Part shown: positions 19,801 through 20,000 of the stretch, piece after piece
Layout: each line of letters starts with the position of its first letter
How positions within the stretch are numbered: position 1 is the stretch's first letter
NCBI GenBank assembly: GCA_008632985.1
Contig: QPGO01000266.1
Location: forward strand, 61,438-81,437
Source of the DNA: Psammoneis japonica
Lineage: Eukaryota
Length of the DNA stretch: 20,000 bases
Direction: 5' to 3'
Notes under the pieces: model-generated
Told to the model about the DNA's origin: nothing
The model's input: the letters and a program-made list of their open reading frames with translations, nothing else
The model's database searches: none
Position numbers and translations under genes: made by a program

Positions 19801-20000
19801 CAGTTCGCCTGCCCACACATGGCTGCTGGCGCTCATGTACGTGTGCTTCATACTCAACCACACAGCGTCCCCACGTCTCCACTGGTGCACACCCCTCGAG
19901 ACTCTCACTGGCTCCACCCCGGACATCAGCCCATTGCTTTGCTTTCACTGGTGGGAACCCGTGTACTTCCACCTCGATGACTCCGTTTGGCCATCCGAAT
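16892..20000 (+). pseudogene. Copia Gag-protease-integrase polyprotein with a premature stop at 19754-19756
   Basis: MVLTR start; FKRGIKRD, QQKYMFAVF, FILHWQDQLRKYE (Gag); ALVDRGANGG (PR); VATDTVYADTPA, LISDRAQVE, WQSEPHQQHQN (IN). The frame continues past the TGA as HQTVK..WLLALMYVCFILNH..GSTPDIS..WEPVY. Confidence 0.92.

Larger units (their letters stand above)
15680..20000 (+). mobile_element. Ty1/Copia LTR retrotransposon (diatom CoDi-like), 5' part, continues beyond the window
   Basis: Single long ORF in gag-PR-IN order, preceded by a leader of about 0.9 kb and a candidate LTR. The left boundary is inferred. Confidence 0.9.

Noticed and set aside
9254..19816. ADAR-type RNA editing copied by reverse transcription
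   Set aside because: Both A->G and T->C occur on the sense strand, the two LTRs differ, and a DNA transposon shows the same changes. Disfavoured, not formally excluded.
17117..19972. Long alternative-frame and antisense ORFs (339-392 aa) over the Copia gene
   Set aside because: Shadows of C-ending codon bias and low TA content; no domains.

Overview
Eukaryotic, transposon-dense window, most likely from a diatom (inferred from a CoDi-type Ty1/Copia with a DRG protease motif, a diatom-type Ty3/Gypsy gag, a CxxxGC..LCxxHG zinc finger and a short GTACG..CTAAC..TAG intron). From left to right it holds: a frameshifted host-like LamG + cadherin-like gene (minus strand, 1-1565); a 1.7-kb tract almost devoid of TpA (2531-4250); a 3'-truncated Plavaka-like transposase (5351-7831); short tandem repeats; a complete but defective Gypsy element (8762-13753, 431-bp LTRs, AAAC TSD); a zinc-finger/PhyH-like 2OG-Fe(II) dioxygenase gene (13953-14726); and the 5' part of a defective Copia element (15680 to window end). 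The main signal is an apparent repeat-targeted TpA->TpG/CpA (A:T->G:C) hypermutation, the reverse of fungal RIP. All 4 differences between the Gypsy LTRs are TA<->TG/CA, conserved Tyr/Leu/Ile/Val codons in three unrelated transposons have become Cys/His/Pro/Thr/Ala, and the 2531-4250 tract looks saturated. Family consensus motifs are recalled from memory and counts were done by hand; no searches were run.
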